64,000 nucleotides of DNA from an uncultured Acidimicrobiaceae bacterium (GCA_963800765.1 CAWDCF010000012.1:574-64573), one strand, 5' to 3'. Shown: positions 22,231 to 30,616, counted from the stretch's first letter. Notes: generated from the letters alone by a model not told the origin. Numbers and translations are program-made.

Positions 22231-22295
22231 TGGTGCGGCCGGCGGTGATCAAACGCACGACCGACGGATTATGAGGTCGAAGCGAACAGTCGGAA
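22231..22295 (-). repeat. Degenerate tRNA-Ile2 3' half (att remnant 4) with encoded CCA, plus the start of the conserved arm
   Basis: 22237-22276 matches 26831-26870 at 35/40; from 22276 it matches the start of arm 2 at 15/19; on the minus strand it ends ...GGCCGCACCA. Confidence 0.8.
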
Positions 22296-22386
22296 GGTTC
22301 TCTCGAGATGCGTTCGAAAGACTCTGAGTAGGCTTCGAGAGTCGCCAGCACCGTTGGGCAAAGGGACTGACGCAAGAGGATCTTCC

Positions 22387-22860
22387 ATGGATGACAGCAG
22401 GACTGATCTGGAAAAAGCGACGGCTCAAGTCGCGGGACTTGAACGCTTTCTCCGAGCTCGCCTGTTCAATACGTTGACGCGCCTCTTCATCGCTCTGGTG
22501 CTCATCGGAGGGATCGTCAGTGCTGCAACACCCGGTTTTCTCGAGTCGGCGTCAATCTGCTTGGCGGTGGCCGCGGTACTCGCGGCTTGGTTCATCTTTC
22601 ATTACTTCCAATCCATTCGCGGACTTCACACCGACCCCTTGCGTGAAGTAGCCAGACTTCGCAAGAGTCGCGTGGTCCAGAGGGCAGGATTCATCGATGC
22701 GGATCAGTCCTCGAGCGCACGGTCGGCCGGTGAACGCCGGGATTCGGACGCTTCCGAGGCGGACGGCTACGACATCTTGCGCGGTATTGACATCCTTGGT
22801 CAGAAATCGGACGACGGAGTGAACCGCACCGACGATCCCTCCCGTGGGCCGATCGAGTAA
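22387..22860 (+). CDS. Hypothetical membrane protein (2 TM)
   Basis: AGAGGA RBS; two hydrophobic segments. Confidence 0.55.
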   Translation: MDDSRTDLEKATAQVAGLERFLRARLFNTLTRLFIALVLIGGIVSAATPGFLESASICLAVAAVLAAWFIFHYFQSIRGLHTDPLREVARLRKSRVVQRAGFIDADQSSSARSAGERRDSDASEADGYDILRGIDILGQKSDDGVNRTDDPSRGPIE

Positions 22861-23052
22861 CTGAGAATTATCGTCGGCGTCGTCAATGGGCCTGGAGTAA
22901 ATCCTGCAGGAGTTGCACATGCCAGACGTTGCGCGTGGTTCATAGATAGTCCCTAGCGCTCGGCCACCGTTTCCGTCGCCACTTAACATCGAAGGTTCTG
23001 ATGATGGGTCACGTGAGTGCGCTCGAGCAGCGCACGGGGACAGTCTCTTACG

Positions 23053-23612
23053 ATGAAGACCATGACTCAATCGAGCGATGCGCGCCACGCCGCCGAACAG
23101 TGGGCCTCGGCGACTGCACTCCTCACGACGAGCCCTGTGCCCCCTGGCCGTGAAGCGCTATGGGCACGGGCACTGACGTTCCTCGATGTCGGTCGGCGCG
23201 GCGGCGCCCACCTCGTGGCCAGTGTCATCGTCATCGACGATGGTGGGCTGGTGCTCCTCGCCCGTCACCACCGCTACCTGCGGTGGGGGCCGCTCGGCGG
23301 GCACCTGGACCCGGGCGACTCCAGCCTCATCGCCGCCGCTGCTCGAGAACTCCTCGAGGAGGCCGGGCTCGCGGCGCAGATACACCCGGCTCCGATAAAT
23401 GTGCTTCTCGCGTCCTACAGGTGCCGATCCGTCGTGGAGCCAGTGCTCCATCTCGACGTGTGTTTCGCCGCGTCTATCGCCTCGCCCGCCCCGGCCTCAT
23501 CGCCAATGATGAGCTCACGGGACTCGAGTGGTTCGACCCGCGCAGTCTCCCTGCGCCCTTGACACCGCCCACCGCGGAACTCGTGGCACTGGCAGTCGAA
23601 CGCCGTCCGTGA
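23053..23612 (+). CDS. NUDIX hydrolase, frameshift near 23490
   Basis: Nudix box GGHLDPGDSSLIAAAARELLEEAG; HLD; C-terminus (NDELTGLEWF) lies in another frame. Confidence 0.8.
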
Positions 23613-23672
23613 CGAGGGGAGCGGCGTACACCGGGTCTGCTCGGGCCGGGTCTTTCGGAGACAGACTCCCTG

Positions 23673-24398
23673 GTGCTCGCCAGGGTGGCCACCTATGATG
23701 CACGCTTGAGGTGGCAAGGGATCTCCTCGCGCTTGGCCGTGGCCGCGCTCCTGAGTACCGCCATTTGCGCGTCCACGTTCGTAACGACCGCGTCGGCCCA
23801 GGGTTCATTAGGCGTCACGTGCGTCGCGTCGAGCGCGACGCAGTGCGTCGTGACCATTTCCCTCGTTCCAAACATGGATGTCGACGTCATCGTGACGTTG
23901 CCCGCCAACAACGGCTTCTCGATGAATGTTCTGAGCGGCACGCCAGGCTCAGCTCCCTCGTTCACAAGTCTGAACAACGGCTACTGGACCGGAACGGGAA
24001 CTCAATGGACGTGCTGTCTGCTCCAGACCGGAGGTTCCGAGCCGGCCGGTGCGGTGTCGACCATGACCTTCTCAATCACGCCCCTGACGTCAAGTCCGAC
24101 CACTACCGTTCCAGCGAAGAAGCCCAGGATACCGGCCGCCCTCAACCTGAGTTTTGCGGCGGGAAGTTTCACGCTCAGCGCGTTAGACAAGTCTCAACTC
24201 CAAGCGCTGGCCAGAAAACTCAAAACCGGGTCGAAGGTGACGATCACGGGTTATGCGCTCTCCAATCCGAGTCTCGCGCGAAATCGCGCGCTCTCGACAG
24301 CGGATTACCTCTACGCGCGGGTCAAGATCGACTGGAAGGTTGTCTGGGTAAGTACCCGTTCGCAGAACCGAGTCACTGTGACGACAACCGCGCTCTGA
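23673..24398 (+). CDS. Secreted protein with C-terminal OmpA-like domain
   Basis: Signal-like segment, S/T-rich linker, then F..GSFTLS...LQALA...VTITGYA...LARNRA...YL...NRV; true start uncertain. Confidence 0.65.
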   Translation: MLARVATYDARLRWQGISSRLAVAALLSTAICASTFVTTASAQGSLGVTCVASSATQCVVTISLVPNMDVDVIVTLPANNGFSMNVLSGTPGSAPSFTSLNNGYWTGTGTQWTCCLLQTGGSEPAGAVSTMTFSITPLTSSPTTTVPAKKPRIPAALNLSFAAGSFTLSALDKSQLQALARKLKTGSKVTITGYALSNPSLARNRALSTADYLYARVKIDWKVVWVSTRSQNRVTVTTTAL

Positions 24399-24584
24399 TC
24401 TCGCGTCGGTGTCCAGGCCGTGCCCTCGTCGCTTGTGCGTGAACGCGCGGGTCAGCGTTCTCCGGGTCCATAGACCCTCCGTCGCTCAGTCCCCTTTGGG
24501 AGAGCGCCAACGCGAGCGAACGTCGAACGTTAATCTTGTGCGACGCGACTCGCCACGCAATTCTGTGCCTGAGCAACATTAGGA

Positions 24585-25163
24585 GTGATGGTGTCTATCA
24601 TTAGCCGTTTTCCAATTCCCGATCTCGATGATCTCGACGAAGACGTGCGGACGCAGATTCTCGAGGCTCGTGAACGACTCGGATTTATCCCCAACGTGTA
24701 CCGGGCGCTCGCGCATCGACCTGACGAATTTCGAGCATTCTTCACGTACCGCAACGCAGTCATGGGACACGATGGCGGACTGAGCGCCGTCGAACGCGAG
24801 ATGATTGTCGTGGTCACGAGCGCCAACGCGAATTGCACATACTGCGTCGTATCGCACGGAGCGAATCTCCGACTGCTCTCTGGTGATGCAATCCTCGCCG
24901 ACAAGATCACAATTGACTATCGTCACGCACCGCTCGATTCTCGCCATAAAGCCATGCTGGACTACGCGGTCAAGTTGTCTGCCCGTCCGCAGGAAATCAC
25001 TGAGTCGGACCGGGAGACGCTCATCGTGGTCGGCTTCACGGAAGAAGAAATCTGGGACATTTCATCCGTCGTGGCGTTCTACGCACTGTCAAACCGATTG
25101 GTCCATGCTCTCGAACTGCGCCCCAATGACGAATTCTTCGCCTTGGGGCGCACGCCGTCCTAG
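24585..25163 (+). CDS. Peroxidase-related enzyme (AhpD-like)
   Basis: LGFIPNV, EREMIVVVTS.NANCTYCVVSHG, SNRL. Confidence 0.9.
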   Translation: MMVSIISRFPIPDLDDLDEDVRTQILEARERLGFIPNVYRALAHRPDEFRAFFTYRNAVMGHDGGLSAVEREMIVVVTSANANCTYCVVSHGANLRLLSGDAILADKITIDYRHAPLDSRHKAMLDYAVKLSARPQEITESDRETLIVVGFTEEEIWDISSVVAFYALSNRLVHALELRPNDEFFALGRTPS

Positions 25164-25236
25164 CAGAATGTGAAATTCGACTCGCCCTAATGCATTGTGG
25201 TTCGTTGGTAACTCTCTTCGACGACGTGCATTGTTG

Positions 25237-25410
25237 GAGCCGTTGGGCGAACCAACGGTTTAGGAGATGGATGCTTTCGGACGCAATGGTCGGGTGGTTC
25301 GGATACATCCATATTTGAAGGAAATAGTGTTCGTTGGTGTTCGATTCGTCCGGTGGTGTCGGTTTCGTTCGGTGGGGTCGGCTTGCTATGTGGGATGAAA
25401 TGTGGGATTT
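25237..25410 (-). repeat. Degenerate att remnant 3: eroded tRNA 3' half plus conserved arm
   Basis: 25345-25410 aligns without gaps to the distal part of arm 1 at 57/66; GAGCCGTTGGGCGAACCAACG at 25237 resembles the tRNA-derived part. Confidence 0.75.
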
Positions 25411-25629
25411 TCTTGACCAGAGCAGACCTTGGTATCCCATTTCGTATGACTCCGAAATACTAACTTTTTGATATTGAACGGTGTTTCGATGCGTGCTCCT
25501 AAGGGGGCGAGACCAAAGGACAAGGTAATGGTGCCGAGTCATTCATTGCAACGCTTCCAAAAGGTTGAGCACGCAACTCAGTGGAGCAACACCAAAAGTT
25601 GTTGCTACTTTGCAAGACGAAAATGAACG

Positions 25630-26046
25630 ATGAATGACGCTTTTCAAAGACTGAAGCGGATGCGAGATGCTGGAGAGATCAACGGTTTCACCTTGATCGA
25701 ACTTCTCATCGTCATCGTTGTGCTCGGTATCTTGGCCGCAGTCGTCATCTTCGCCCTTGGTGGCATCACCAGCAAGAGCGCGGTTGCCGCATGCCAGGCT
25801 GACGGAGCGACCGTATCGACGGCCATTGCTGCGCTCGAGGCGCAATACCCGGGCACCACACTCAGCAGTGCAGTGCTCACAACGGGCACCAACGGAAGTG
25901 GCCCGTACATCCAGTCGTGGCCCAACAACTCGGCGCACTACTCCTTCACGGTCTCGGGTTCTTCGGTGACCGGTCTGTCCCTGTCGGTTGTCGGCGGCTT
26001 CTCCGGTACGTACCAGGGACCGAGCTCCTGCACCGGCGTTAAGTGA
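25630..26046 (+). CDS. Type IV pilin / prepilin-type N-terminal cleavage-methylation protein
   Basis: Basic leader, then G|FTLIELLIVIVVLGILAAVVIFAL; two Cys. Confidence 0.9.
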   Translation: MNDAFQRLKRMRDAGEINGFTLIELLIVIVVLGILAAVVIFALGGITSKSAVAACQADGATVSTAIAALEAQYPGTTLSSAVLTTGTNGSGPYIQSWPNNSAHYSFTVSGSSVTGLSLSVVGGFSGTYQGPSSCTGVK

Positions 26047-26076
26047 CCCAACCTTCGTGGTTTGACATGATGAAGA

Positions 26077-26241
26077 GCCGGTGGGGATCGAACCCACGAC
26101 CGAGGGATTATGAGGTGGGAGCAAACGGTCGGACTGGTCCAGAGATGTCGGAATCATCCGGAATCGATTGAGTTCTTCGTCCGGTGATGTCGGATTGGTC
26201 CGATTGCGTCGGTTTGGTATGTGAAATGAAACGTGGGATTT
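26077..26241 (-). repeat. att unit 2: tRNA-Ile2 3' half (38 bp identical) plus 127-bp conserved arm
   Basis: 26077-26114 = 27620-27657; arm 26115-26241 aligns to 26870-26996 without gaps at 104/127. Confidence 0.95.
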
Positions 26242-26307
26242 GGAACCTCGAATCGAGGATCGTCTGCCTACAGATTTGAACGCGACCCCCTTCGGTATCG
26301 TGATTCA

Positions 26308-26775
26308 ATGGCGAAGGTGTTGGTGACCGGAATGTCGGGGACTGGAAAGTCCGCATGCCTGGAGCTTCTCAGTTCGCGCGGATACCAATCTGTTGACACT
26401 GATACCGATGAATGGAGCGTCTGGACTACGCAATCCGATGGATCTCCGGACTGGATTTGGAGGGAAGAAGCTATTGACGCGATGCTCGACAAGTACGAAC
26501 ACGGACAACTCTTCGTCGCTGGCTGTAAGACCAACCAAGGCAAGTTCTATTCAAGATTCGACCACGTGGTTCTCCTTTCCGCACCGGTAGAGGTAATCCT
26601 TGAAAGAGTGACCAATCGTTCCACTAATCCGTACGGCAAGAGTGACGAAGAGAGGCGGGAGATACTTCGCTATCTATCTGAGATTGAACCGCGACTTCGA
26701 GCAACGGCATCAATTGAAATTGATGTGACGGCTCCCTTGATCGACGTAGTTGCCCAGCTACAAACCCTGGCGTAG
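26308..26775 (+). CDS. Small P-loop kinase / AAA family ATPase (shikimate/adenylate-kinase-like)
   Basis: VLVTGMSGTGKS, VDTD, FDHVVLLSAP, R..NPYGK. Confidence 0.85.
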   Translation: MAKVLVTGMSGTGKSACLELLSSRGYQSVDTDTDEWSVWTTQSDGSPDWIWREEAIDAMLDKYEHGQLFVAGCKTNQGKFYSRFDHVVLLSAPVEVILERVTNRSTNPYGKSDEERREILRYLSEIEPRLRATASIEIDVTAPLIDVVAQLQTLA

Positions 26776-26825
26776 CCATCCAAACAAGCAACGTTGACAT
26801 CTTCTTAAGTAGAAAACGGACAATT

Positions 26826-26996
26826 AGTAGGGCCGGTGGGGATCGAACCCACGACCGAGGGATTATGAGGTGGGAGCAATCGGTCGGACTCGTCCGGTGG
26901 CGTCGGATTGGTCCGAAAATGTCTGAATTCTTTGTCCGGTGATGTCGGTTTGGTCCCGTGGTGTCGGTTTGGTATGTGGGATGAAACGTGGGATTT
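26826..26996 (-). repeat. att unit 1: tRNA-Ile2 3' half (44 bp identical) plus 127-bp conserved arm
   Basis: 26826-26869 = 27614-27657; identity stops exactly at the edge of the anticodon loop; arm 26870-26996. Confidence 0.95.
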
Positions 26997-27002
26997 TTGA
27001 GA

Positions 27003-27524
27003 TCAGATTGTTCGACTGAATCTGTGCGCAGTCGCGCCGAACGGATCACCTTTAGCGTGTCCGAATACTTTGACGGGGTTCACTGAAAACACTTCCGCTC
27101 CGCCGCTCCCGTCGTCGCCACGAAAGCCTCCGTCTCGAACAGTGAACTGCCATCGACCATCCCACTTAGTCGAGAAAGCTCCGGCGATGCGCCTAAGCAC
27201 CACGTCGTCCGTAACTTGCACAGCGTCACCTTCAACGATGACGTCCAGGCCGGATTGCCACTGGTTACAGCCGGTGATAAGCACCACGTGCGGATTTGCG
27301 TTGAGATTGACAAATTTCTGTTCGTCGGATCCGGTCGAAAACCAGATTGCATCCTCCGCCCAAACGGCGACCACAGGCGTGGCGTGCGGGCGACCATCTG
27401 GTCGCACAGTGCAGACCCAAAAGAGTTCTGCCGTCTCGAGGATCTGCCGTGTCTCTTCCCAAGAAACTGCGACTGCGTCTGGATCGCTGTAGACATCATC
27501 AAAAGTTGTTACAGGCACGGACAT
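27003..27524 (-). CDS. Pyridoxamine 5'-phosphate oxidase family (flavin/F420-binding split barrel)
   Basis: FWVCTVRPDGRPHATPV, WFSTG...K..NL.ANP, VIVEGDA; AAGGAG RBS. Confidence 0.88.
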   Translation of the reverse strand: MSVPVTTFDDVYSDPDAVAVSWEETRQILETAELFWVCTVRPDGRPHATPVVAVWAEDAIWFSTGSDEQKFVNLNANPHVVLITGCNQWQSGLDVIVEGDAVQVTDDVVLRRIAGAFSTKWDGRWQFTVRDGGFRGDDGSGGAEVFSVNPVKVFGHAKGDPFGATAHRFSRTI

Positions 27525-27615
27525 CTCATACTCTCCTTTACGACGTCAACAGTGACGCCATGTTTCTTAGACTATGAGTAGCCCCAAAACTCATCGGTGG
27601 GTGAAGATCGAACAG

Positions 27616-27688
27616 TAGGGCCGGTGGGGATCGAACCCACGACCGAGGGATTATGAGTCCCCTGCTCTAACCACTGAGCTACGGCCCT
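27616..27688 (-). tRNA. tRNA with CAT anticodon, most likely tRNA-Ile2 (elongator Met not excluded)
   Basis: AGGGCCG/CGGCCCU acceptor stem, D arm, GGGGA-CUCAUAA-UCCCU anticodon arm, GUGGG-UUCGAUC-CCCAC T arm; CCA not encoded. Confidence 0.93.
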
Positions 27689-27700
27689 TCGGGTACCACC

Positions 27701-27747
27701 GTACTTAAGCTCCCATGTACTTCAGCTCACATGTACTTAAGCTCCCA
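27701..27747. repeat. Three tandem 16-bp repeats between the two tRNAs
   Basis: GTACTTAAGCTCCCAT / GTACTTCAGCTCACAT / GTACTTAAGCTCCCA; the last copy overlaps the tRNA-Asn 3' end. Confidence 0.85.
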
Positions 27748-27814
27748 GAGCAGGACTCGAACCTGCAACCTAGCGATTAACAGTCGCTTGCTCTGCCAAT
27801 TGAGCTATCTGGGA
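27742..27814 (-). tRNA. tRNA-Asn(GTT)
   Basis: UCCCAGA/UCUGGGA acceptor stem, AGCGA-CUGUUAA-UCGCU anticodon arm, GUUCGAG T loop. Confidence 0.95.
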
Positions 27815-27858
27815 ATGCACCCGAAGGTAGAGCAACATTAGCACCCGCCTTTCGTGGG

Positions 27859-28705
27859 CTATTGATGAGCAAACCAAGTCAGCAACTGCTCCGCCTCGGG
27901 GCTCTCGCGCACGAGTCGTCGACATCGTTCGATGCGCTTGGTCATCCCTTGGCGCGATATTCCGTAAGCTTCTCGCGATCTCTTCCACAGGCATGGTCCG
28001 GAACGTGAACTGCCAGAATGCGTCGAAGTCGTCACCGCAGATCCGTCGCAGCGCGTCGATCACCCACGGTGGCGCGTCCGCTTGATCGCCGCGTGGGTGC
28101 AGTTCACTCTCGTCTTTCAACTCTGACGTGGCAAAGCGGCGCGACTGCAGTTCTCGGTTGAGTTGCATAGTCTCTTGCGCCTTCGCCTGACTGATGTTGA
28201 GCGAGCGAGCGACATCGCGCTTCGTGAGTTCCTTCTTCGTCTCGGTGCGCATGAGTTTCTGTAGCTGGAGTATCAAACGCATCTCTGAGTCACTCAGTCC
28301 AACCTGTTGTTGGATCGATTGATTGACGAGTTTCATGATCCAGTAGTTCGCGTAGGTTGAAAGCCGCGTGCCCTTCTCAGGGTCGAAACGCCGAAGTGCA
28401 TTGACGAGCGCTTCGACGCCGGCAGCTTCGAGTTCGTCGTTACCGAATCGATAACCGCGCTCCATGACGCGTGTGCGCACCAATCCCAATGTGGCGCGCA
28501 ATAGTTGACCCTCGGCCTCTTGCCCCGAGTGCCGTTGGCGCAGCAACCGCCGTCGTTCAGAGGCGTCGGCGACCGCGCCGGTGAGCAACGCCACTTCCGC
28601 GCGACGACCCTGTTGAATGATCGGATAGAGGGCGCGCTCGTCATCCGCGCTGAGCGGCGCCATCATTTCCAGTCCGCCAATGAGGCCTGCGGACCTCTCG
28701 CTCAC
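27859..28705 (-). CDS. Divergent sigma-70 family factor, frameshift near 27965
   Basis: Region 1.2-like PLSADDERAL; region 2 ALRRFDPEKGTRLSTYANYWI; the shifted frame restores HTH EIARSL/GISRQGMTKRIERC and a stop at 27859 just before tRNA-Asn. Confidence 0.8.
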
Positions 28706-30546
28706 GACGACCTAGTGGAGGTTCGTTCGATCAGCCATTGGCGCAGATCGTTCTCCGCGACTTCACTCGACGGTCCCTCGAGGAGATTCACGCGTTCCTT
28801 CACGTCACGCACGGTGACGTCCGCGACGTCAGGTGTCATAAGCCCATCTCGCAGGTCACGTGCGACATGCTTTAACTCCAGATTGACGGCACTTCGAATC
28901 AGTTGCGAGACGACCGCCGTCACGTCCTCGAGCGTGTACTCGCGGTCGAGTTCGTCGACCGCGAGTTGACTGAGGATCTGTGAGGCCTCCTCCTCCCCTC
29001 GGCGCTGTAAGTCGTCGATCACCTCGGTGAGCGACTTGTCGGTTGAGAGTCCCTCGAAGATCTCTCGTTGCACGTCGTTCACGAAATAGGGAGCGATGAG
29101 ACGTTCCTTTACGTCGCTCGGAAAGTGGACCCGCAAGCGAAGTGCCTCCAGACCGGGACGCGGCATCGGCGATCGCTCGACGCGGAGGCGGCGATCGTCA
29201 GGGGACGAAGATGGTTCGTTCGTCGTACGCGACGTCGGGTTGCGAGAAAGTTCCGCGACGCGTGGGCGCAGCTGTGACGGCTCGAGACGCAGCCGGTCGG
29301 CCACTTGCATGAGATATTCGTCGCGGACCAGTTCGCTCGGGTGCTCAGCGAGCACGCTCATTGCGCGCTCGGCGGCACGCACTCGACCTTCTGCCGTGGC
29401 GAAGTTCGCGTCATCGATGACCCGGTCGAGTCGAAACCGCAAGAAAGGGACGGCGTCAGTGATCGACGCTCGAAGTGCCTCGGGGTCCTTCTGCGCCAAC
29501 TCCGCGGGGTCACTGCCCTTGGGGAGGTGCGCCACGTAGACGTCCACCTCGTTGGCCTTCTCCCACTGATACACCGACGCCGCCGCGCTCTGTCCCGCCT
29601 TGTCGGCGTCGTAGGCGAGGACGATGCGCTTCGCGAAGTTGCGCATTGTCTTGAAATGCTCTTCGCCGAGTGCGGTACCGCACGTCGCGACGGCCCGGGG
29701 CATACCGGCACTGAAGAATGCGATGACGTCGGTGTAGCCCTCGCAAACGATGATCTCGTCAGACTTGATGATGTCGTCCTTCGCCCAGTTGAGTGCGTAC
29801 AGCGTTCGACGCTTCGAATAGATCGACGTCTCGGGGCTATTTTTGTACTTCGCCTCGACGCGGCCGTCCGGTCGCTCGCTCGGTCCGTAGGGCGGCGGCA
29901 ATATTCGACCACCGACCGCGACCGCCTTGCCACCGGGATCGAAGATCGGAAAGATGAGTCGGGCGCGCAGCGCGTCCTGTTTGCGGTCGCGCTTGTTGAC
30001 GAAGCCAAGTCCCGTCGAGAGCAGCACCTTCTCGGGCAATTTGAGCGACGAGGCGAGTGCGTCCCACTCATCGGGCGCCCAGCCGAGCTTGAACTGTCGA
30101 GCGACGTCACCATTGATCCCACGGGCGCGCAAGTATTCACGGGCCGGTCGTGCGTCGGGCCCGTTCAAGAGCCGGTCGTGATACCACTCGACCGCCTTCT
30201 CCATCGCGGCCAGTGTCTCCTGGCGTTCCTTGCGAGCGGGACCGGCATTCGCGTCTTCGTGTAGTTCGATGCCCGCGCGATCGGCCAACTGTCGAAGCGC
30301 GTCCATGAAGTCGAGATGTTGGATCTCGCGCACGAAAGTTATCTGGTCGCCGGACACGTGACACCCGAAGCAGTAGTAACGGCCCTCTTCAGCGTTCACC
30401 GAGAACGACGGGGTCTTCTCGCCATGAAACGGGCACAGTCCGGTCCATCGTCGACCGGTCTTCTTTAGGGCCACCACCTCACTGATGAGCGCCACGATGT
30501 CAGTCGCCGACCGCACCTGGGCGATCTCACTTTCAGTAATGGCCAT
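28702..30546 (-). CDS. dnaG: DNA primase
   Basis: CPFHGEKTPSF...CFGC zinc finger, KYKNSPET, TOPRIM EGYTD and YDADKAG. Confidence 0.97.
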   Translation of the reverse strand: MAITESEIAQVRSATDIVALISEVVALKKTGRRWTGLCPFHGEKTPSFSVNAEEGRYYCFGCHVSGDQITFVREIQHLDFMDALRQLADRAGIELHEDANAGPARKERQETLAAMEKAVEWYHDRLLNGPDARPAREYLRARGINGDVARQFKLGWAPDEWDALASSLKLPEKVLLSTGLGFVNKRDRKQDALRARLIFPIFDPGGKAVAVGGRILPPPYGPSERPDGRVEAKYKNSPETSIYSKRRTLYALNWAKDDIIKSDEIIVCEGYTDVIAFFSAGMPRAVATCGTALGEEHFKTMRNFAKRIVLAYDADKAGQSAAASVYQWEKANEVDVYVAHLPKGSDPAELAQKDPEALRASITDAVPFLRFRLDRVIDDANFATAEGRVRAAERAMSVLAEHPSELVRDEYLMQVADRLRLEPSQLRPRVAELSRNPTSRTTNEPSSSPDDRRLRVERSPMPRPGLEALRLRVHFPSDVKERLIAPYFVNDVQREIFEGLSTDKSLTEVIDDLQRRGEEEASQILSQLAVDELDREYTLEDVTAVVSQLIRSAVNLELKHVARDLRDGLMTPDVADVTVRDVKERVNLLEGPSSEVAENDLRQWLIERTSTRSS

Positions 30547-30616
30547 AGGAAGAAGGTACCGGTTCTCTCTCGCGGGGGCATCAGGGCTTCAGCAATCTCC
30601 GCCTACACTGCTCCCC

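Noticed and set aside
26077-26869. Additional functional tRNA genes at 26077 and 26826
   Set aside because: Only the 3' half (anticodon loop to acceptor) is present; there is no D arm or 5' acceptor strand, so they are att-type fragments.
25036-27049. Minus-strand ORFs 25036..25542, 25543..26157, 26108..26356 and 26624..27049 as integrase remnants
   Set aside because: They are translations of the arm and tRNA repeats or antisense of real genes, with no R-H-R-Y tyrosine recombinase or serine recombinase motifs.
25345-27747. CRISPR array from the 19-bp or 16-bp repeats
   Set aside because: The repeats are tandem or degenerate without unique spacers of regular length, and there are no cas genes in the window.
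27770-27858. Sigma-factor C-terminus overlapping tRNA-Asn, as given in the ORF track
   Set aside because: Artefact of a frameshift; the alternative frame gives a sensible HTH and stops at 27859.
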